Shown in pieces: positions 37,461 to 40,775 of a stretch of DNA of 40,775 nucleotides. The translations under genes were made by a program, and so were the position numbers. The first letter of the stretch is position 1, and each line of letters opens with the position of its first letter. Origin of the DNA: Acidobacteriota bacterium (lineage in GTDB: Bacteria > Acidobacteriota > Thermoanaerobaculia > UBA5066 > Gp7-AA6); assembly GCA_040004225.1 (NCBI GenBank), contig JBDUBI010000087.1, positions 1-40,775 on the forward strand, in the 5' to 3' direction. The notes beneath the pieces were generated by a model. That model had not been told where the DNA came from and made no database searches. It saw only the letters and a program-made list of their open reading frames with translations.

Positions 37461-37610
37461 CCCGCGCGAACGCGCGCTTCATATCCGGTGTGCGCGGCCC
37501 ACGCGCGCCGGATATGCTCAGAGTCAGCGATGTGGCCCGCGCGAACGCGCGCTTCATGTCCGGCGTGCGCGTCCCACGCGCGCCGGGTATGCCCGGAGTC
37601 AGCGATGTGG
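37461..37610 (+). repeat. Two tandem 75-bp copies of a structured, REP-like element
   Basis: Copies 37461-37535 and 37536-37610 are 69/75 identical. Each has a CGCGC-GAAC-GCGCG hairpin and a 15-bp stem with a 7-nt loop. Confidence 0.9.
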
Positions 37611-38756
37611 CGAAAAAACGGTAATTCCAAATCACGTCTCGCGCCCCGCCCCCCCGCCCACAGAATTGCTCTCCCGGCCCTGATCCTCTCCACCGCCGCC
37701 CTCCTCGCGCTCACAGCCTCCTCCTGGCTTCCCGTCACCCCCTCCCCCACTTCCTCCGACCTGCGAGGCGTCTCGGCTCCCTCCGAAGGCGTCGCCTGGA
37801 TCACGGGCACTCGGGGCGCCTGCCTCGTGACCCGGGACTCCGGAAGGACCTGGCGCACGGCCGCGATCCCCGGCGCCGAGTCGCTCGACTTCCGCGACGT
37901 CGAAGCCTTCGGCCCGACGGAGGCGGTCGTGATGAGCGCAGGCGAAGGCCCCGCCTCGCGAATCTATTCGACCGCAGACGGGGGATCGCACTGGTCGCTG
38001 GCGCTCTTAAATCCCGACCCGAAGGGCTTCTTCGATGCGATCGCCTTCCGGGGTCGCAGGCAGGGCCTCGCCCTCGGAGATCCCGTGGACGGGCGCTTCG
38101 CCATTTTCGCGACCGAGGACGGAGGCCTCCGGTGGGCCCGCATGGACCCGGCGGCAATACCGCCGGCCTTGACCGGCGAGGGCGCCTTCGCCGCGAGCGG
38201 CACAAGCCTCGCCTTCGATCCGAGCGGCCGGGCCTGGTTCGGCACGGGAGGGGCCGGGCGGGCTCGCGTCTTTCGATCGGAGGATTCGGGCCGGAGCTGG
38301 ACCGTGGTCGAGACGCCCATCCCGGCGACAACACCGTCCGCGGGCATCTTTTCGCTCGCCTTTGCCGACGCGCTCCACGGAGTCGCGGTCGGCGGCGACT
38401 ATCGCAAACCGAGGGGCCCGGCGGCGATCGCGCGCACCGGCGACGGCGGAATCACCTGGACGGCGGTCGTCGCTCCCCCTTCCTTCGACCGATTTCTGTC
38501 CGCCGTCGCGGTCGTGCCGGGAACGTCTCCTCCAATATTCGTCGCCGCGGGGAGTGAAATCTCAGGATGGTCTTCGGATGGCGGCGCGACGTGGACGGCG
38601 GGCGAGGGCGGATGGAACGCCATCGCCTTTGCCGGCGCGGCAGACGGTTGGGCGGTCGGTCCCGCGGGCCGCGTGGTCCGGTTCCATCCGCGCGACGCGG
38701 GCTGGCCGAGCGGCGCGCAGACGACACCCTCGACGGGCGGGAGGAGGGACCGTTGA
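37605..38756 (+). CDS. Secreted BNR/Asp-box beta-propeller protein (Ycf48-like / 'oxidoreductase' WD40-YVTN family); start uncertain
   Basis: Repeated Asp-boxes (TRDSGRTW, TADGGSHW, TEDGGLRW, SEDSGRSW, TGDGGITW, SSDGGATW); family motifs LDFRDVEA, GDPVDG, EGAFAASGT and GVAVGGDY; hydrophobic signal IALPALILSTAALLALTA. Confidence 0.82.
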   Translation: MWRKNGNSKSRLAPRPPAHRIALPALILSTAALLALTASSWLPVTPSPTSSDLRGVSAPSEGVAWITGTRGACLVTRDSGRTWRTAAIPGAESLDFRDVEAFGPTEAVVMSAGEGPASRIYSTADGGSHWSLALLNPDPKGFFDAIAFRGRRQGLALGDPVDGRFAIFATEDGGLRWARMDPAAIPPALTGEGAFAASGTSLAFDPSGRAWFGTGGAGRARVFRSEDSGRSWTVVETPIPATTPSAGIFSLAFADALHGVAVGGDYRKPRGPAAIARTGDGGITWTAVVAPPSFDRFLSAVAVVPGTSPPIFVAAGSEISGWSSDGGATWTAGEGGWNAIAFAGAADGWAVGPAGRVVRFHPRDAGWPSGAQTTPSTGGRRDR

Positions 38757-39232
38757 CGCCTCCCGCGGAGCGGCGGCGGCAGTCAGTCTCGGCGAGCCTG
38801 CCGCTTCGAGCGCATCGGCGGCGCAGCCCGCGGAAGCGCTCGCGCCCGGCAAGTGTCGCCGCGGCGAGATGATCGGGCATCTGATCGATTCGGCGGCGAA
38901 CAATCACGGGCGCTTCGTGCGCAGCTTTCCGAAGACCTCGTGTTTCCCGGCTACGAGCAGGATGCGTGGGTCCGCATCCAGGCGTATCGCTCCGCGCCGT
39001 GGCCCGACCTCATCGCGCTCTGGCGGTTTTACGACCTTCAGCTCGCCCGCGTGATCGGGGCCATCTGCGAGGACGACCTCCGCAGGCTCCGATCCCGGCA
39101 TAACTTCCACGAGCTCGGCTGGCAGCGGTTCTCCGAGTCCCAACCGGCACGCCTGGAAGACCTGGTCGTCGACTACGTGCTGCACCTGCGGCACCATCTC
39201 GAACAAGTGGTGGCGTCCCCTCCGGGAAATAG
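38753..39232 (+). pseudogene. Frameshifted DinB/YfiT-family gene
   Basis: GHLIDSAANNHGRFVR lies in one frame and AQLSEDLVFPGYEQDAWV...DYVLHLRHHLEQV in another, switching at about 38920. The N-terminus is degenerate and there is no stop at the expected position. Confidence 0.75.
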
Positions 39233-39235
39233 CGG

Positions 39236-39670
39236 TCAGGCGGTCGGGACGGCCGCCAACGCTCGTTTTCGACTGATCCAGCCCGACGCCGCGGAGGCCA
39301 CGACAGCTCCCGCGCCCGCGCCGACCGAGTCCGCCAGCGCATCCGCGGGATCGCACGACCGCCCCGGGATCCACGTCTGGTGCACCTCGTCGACGGTGCC
39401 GAAGACCGCCATCGTCCCGACGATCGCGAACACTCGCGCGAACGAGAAACCCGCCCGCCCCGGCCAGCGCACCGCGAGATAGAGGAGAAATCCGGCCCCG
39501 CCATAGAGCCCGAAATGCACGACCTTGTCGAAGTTCGGGATTCCGGCGGCGAGCGGGACTTCGGGGGGGCTCGGCCACGAAGTGAGCGCCAAAAGAAAAA
39601 CGCCCCAGGCGAACGCCGCGAAGCGTATTCGCCCGAGGCGATCGAATCGCCGCGAGAGGAGTCGAATCAG
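39236..39670 (-). CDS. VanZ-family membrane protein; start uncertain (CTG 39670)
   Basis: Motifs DKVVHFGLY, DEVHQTWIPGRSCD and DALAD, with four hydrophobic segments; directly after rplQ. Confidence 0.8.
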   Translation of the reverse strand: MIRLLSRRFDRLGRIRFAAFAWGVFLLALTSWPSPPEVPLAAGIPNFDKVVHFGLYGGAGFLLYLAVRWPGRAGFSFARVFAIVGTMAVFGTVDEVHQTWIPGRSCDPADALADSVGAGAGAVVASAASGWISRKRALAAVPTA

Positions 39671-39674
39671 TCCG

Positions 39675-40283
39675 TTAGGCCCCGCGCTTGGAGGGGCCGG
39701 TGCGGTTCGGACCCTTCTTCGGAGCGGGCTTCGCGCCCTTGGCGGCCTTGTCGCCGCGACCGGGCTTCGGCTGCCGTGGCGCTGCCTTCCGTTCGGTCGT
39801 CCCCTCGTCTCCGCCCTCTTCTGATTCCGGCTTGTCCTTTCGGACGGTCTCGACACGCCCCCCGGAGGCGCGGCGCGCGCGGTCGGAGAGAGACTCCTTC
39901 CGCGGGCCCTTCTCCTTGGCCTCGAAACGATAATCGACGAACTCGAGGATCGCGGCTTCCGCCGCGTCGCCCTTGCGGGAGCCGAGACGGAGGATGCGGG
40001 TGTAGCCGCCCGGCCGGTCCACGAATCTGGGAGCGATGTTCTCAAAGACCTTCTTCACGGTCGTCCGATCGGGAATCCACTGCGCCACCTTGCGGCGGGC
40101 GGAGACACCGTCGTTCTTTGCGGCCGTGATCAGTTTTTCGGCGAGGGGCCGCAGCTCTTTCGCCTTCGTCAGAGTCGTCTGAATCCGCTCGTGCGTCATC
40201 AGAGAATCGAGCTGATTGGAAAACATCGCCATGCGATGAGAGGTCGTCCGCCGGAGCTTGCGCCCGGCCCGGTTGTGCATCAT
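39675..40283 (-). CDS. rplQ: 50S ribosomal protein L17 with a basic C-terminal extension
   Basis: RKLRRTTSHR, HERIQTTLTKAKELR, RPGGYTRI and RKGDAA; follows rpoA. Confidence 0.97.
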   Translation of the reverse strand: MMHNRAGRKLRRTTSHRMAMFSNQLDSLMTHERIQTTLTKAKELRPLAEKLITAAKNDGVSARRKVAQWIPDRTTVKKVFENIAPRFVDRPGGYTRILRLGSRKGDAAEAAILEFVDYRFEAKEKGPRKESLSDRARRASGGRVETVRKDKPESEEGGDEGTTERKAAPRQPKPGRGDKAAKGAKPAPKKGPNRTGPSKRGA

Positions 40284-40286
40284 GGT

Positions 40287-40775
40287 TTATTCGCTCTTCG
40301 CTTCGATCGGCTCGATTTCCATTCCGAGCGACAACCCCATGGGCCGCAGGATGTCGCGAATCTCATTCAAGGACTTGCGGCCGAAGTTCTTGGTTTCGAG
40401 CATGTCCTTCTCGGTCTTCTGCACGAGGTCCCGGATCGTTCGGATGCCCGCGTTTTTGAGGCAATTGGCGCTGCGGACGGAGAGCTCGAGCTCATCGACG
40501 GAGCGGTTCAAGTACTCCGCAAGGTTTTCGGGAAGCTCGCCGTCGCCGCCCCCGTCGAGCGCGGTCTCATGCTCGACGTTGATGAAGATGGTGAGATGGT
40601 CCCGCAGCAGCGTCGCCGCGAGTCCGACCGCGTCGGCCGGAGTGACCGTCCCGTTGGTCCAGACCTCCAGAACGAGGCGGTCGTAGTCCGTCGCCTGGCC
40701 GATGCGCGCGGCCTCGACGTGGTAATTCACCCGCCGGACGGGAGAGTGGACGGAGTCGATCGGGATGTACCCGAT
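40287..40775 (-). CDS. rpoA: RNA polymerase alpha subunit, 3' part; 5' end outside the window
   Basis: [34 protein letters not shown] and alpha-[23 protein letters not shown]. Confidence 0.97.
   Translation of the reverse strand: MGYIPIDSVHSPVRRVNYHVEAARIGQATDYDRLVLEVWTNGTVTPADAVGLAATLLRDHLTIFINVEHETALDGGGDGELPENLAEYLNRSVDELELSVRSANCLKNAGIRTIRDLVQKTEKDMLETKNFGRKSLNEIRDILRPMGLSLGMEIEPIEAKSE

Noticed and set aside
37461-37610. Repeat considered as a CRISPR array or hammerhead ribozyme
   Set aside because: The units are contiguous with no unique spacers and no cas genes are nearby. The minus-strand CTGACTC..GAAG does not match the CUGANGA..GAAA core.

Overview
High-GC bacterial chromosomal segment. 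The gene content (VWFA-related acidobacterial protein, Oar-type TonB-dependent receptor, sulfatase-like/TPR lipoprotein) suggests Acidobacteriota, probably Thermoanaerobaculia-like; this assignment is inference. In order, the window holds: the N-terminus of an S9-type peptidase in an AT-richer stretch beyond tRNA-Pro(CGG); a membrane Ser/Thr kinase; a divergent EF-G2; a largely translationally coupled pentose-phosphate operon (tkt-rpiB-tal-pgi-gnd-zwf-pgl) facing away from an alpha-glucan cluster (GH133-like debranching enzyme, GT4, GH57, gpmI); a TBDR / VWA / alkaline-phosphatase-superfamily-TPR envelope cluster with a sigma54-type promoter; an Xaa-Pro peptidase with an MlaC-like-TM-TPR gene; gatC-gatA-amidase; a tRNA nucleotidyltransferase; a PilT/PilU ATPase with a coiled-coil tail; a 2 x 75-bp structured repeat; a BNR beta-propeller gene; a frameshifted DinB gene; VanZ; rplQ and the 3' part of rpoA. 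The most notable observations are: (1) a strong internal SD+ATG in pilT that could produce the coiled-coil tail as a separate protein; (2) a structure-conserving 75-bp tandem repeat; (3) a debranching-enzyme homolog with Gln at the presumed catalytic Glu; (4) a Thr-nucleophile 'sulfatase' coupled to a VWA protein behind a sigma54-driven TBDR; (5) an MlaC-like/TPR membrane fusion; (6) recurrent leaderless-type promoters; (7) a loop-less, CC-adding-type nucleotidyltransferase. No CRISPR array, transposase or integrase was seen.
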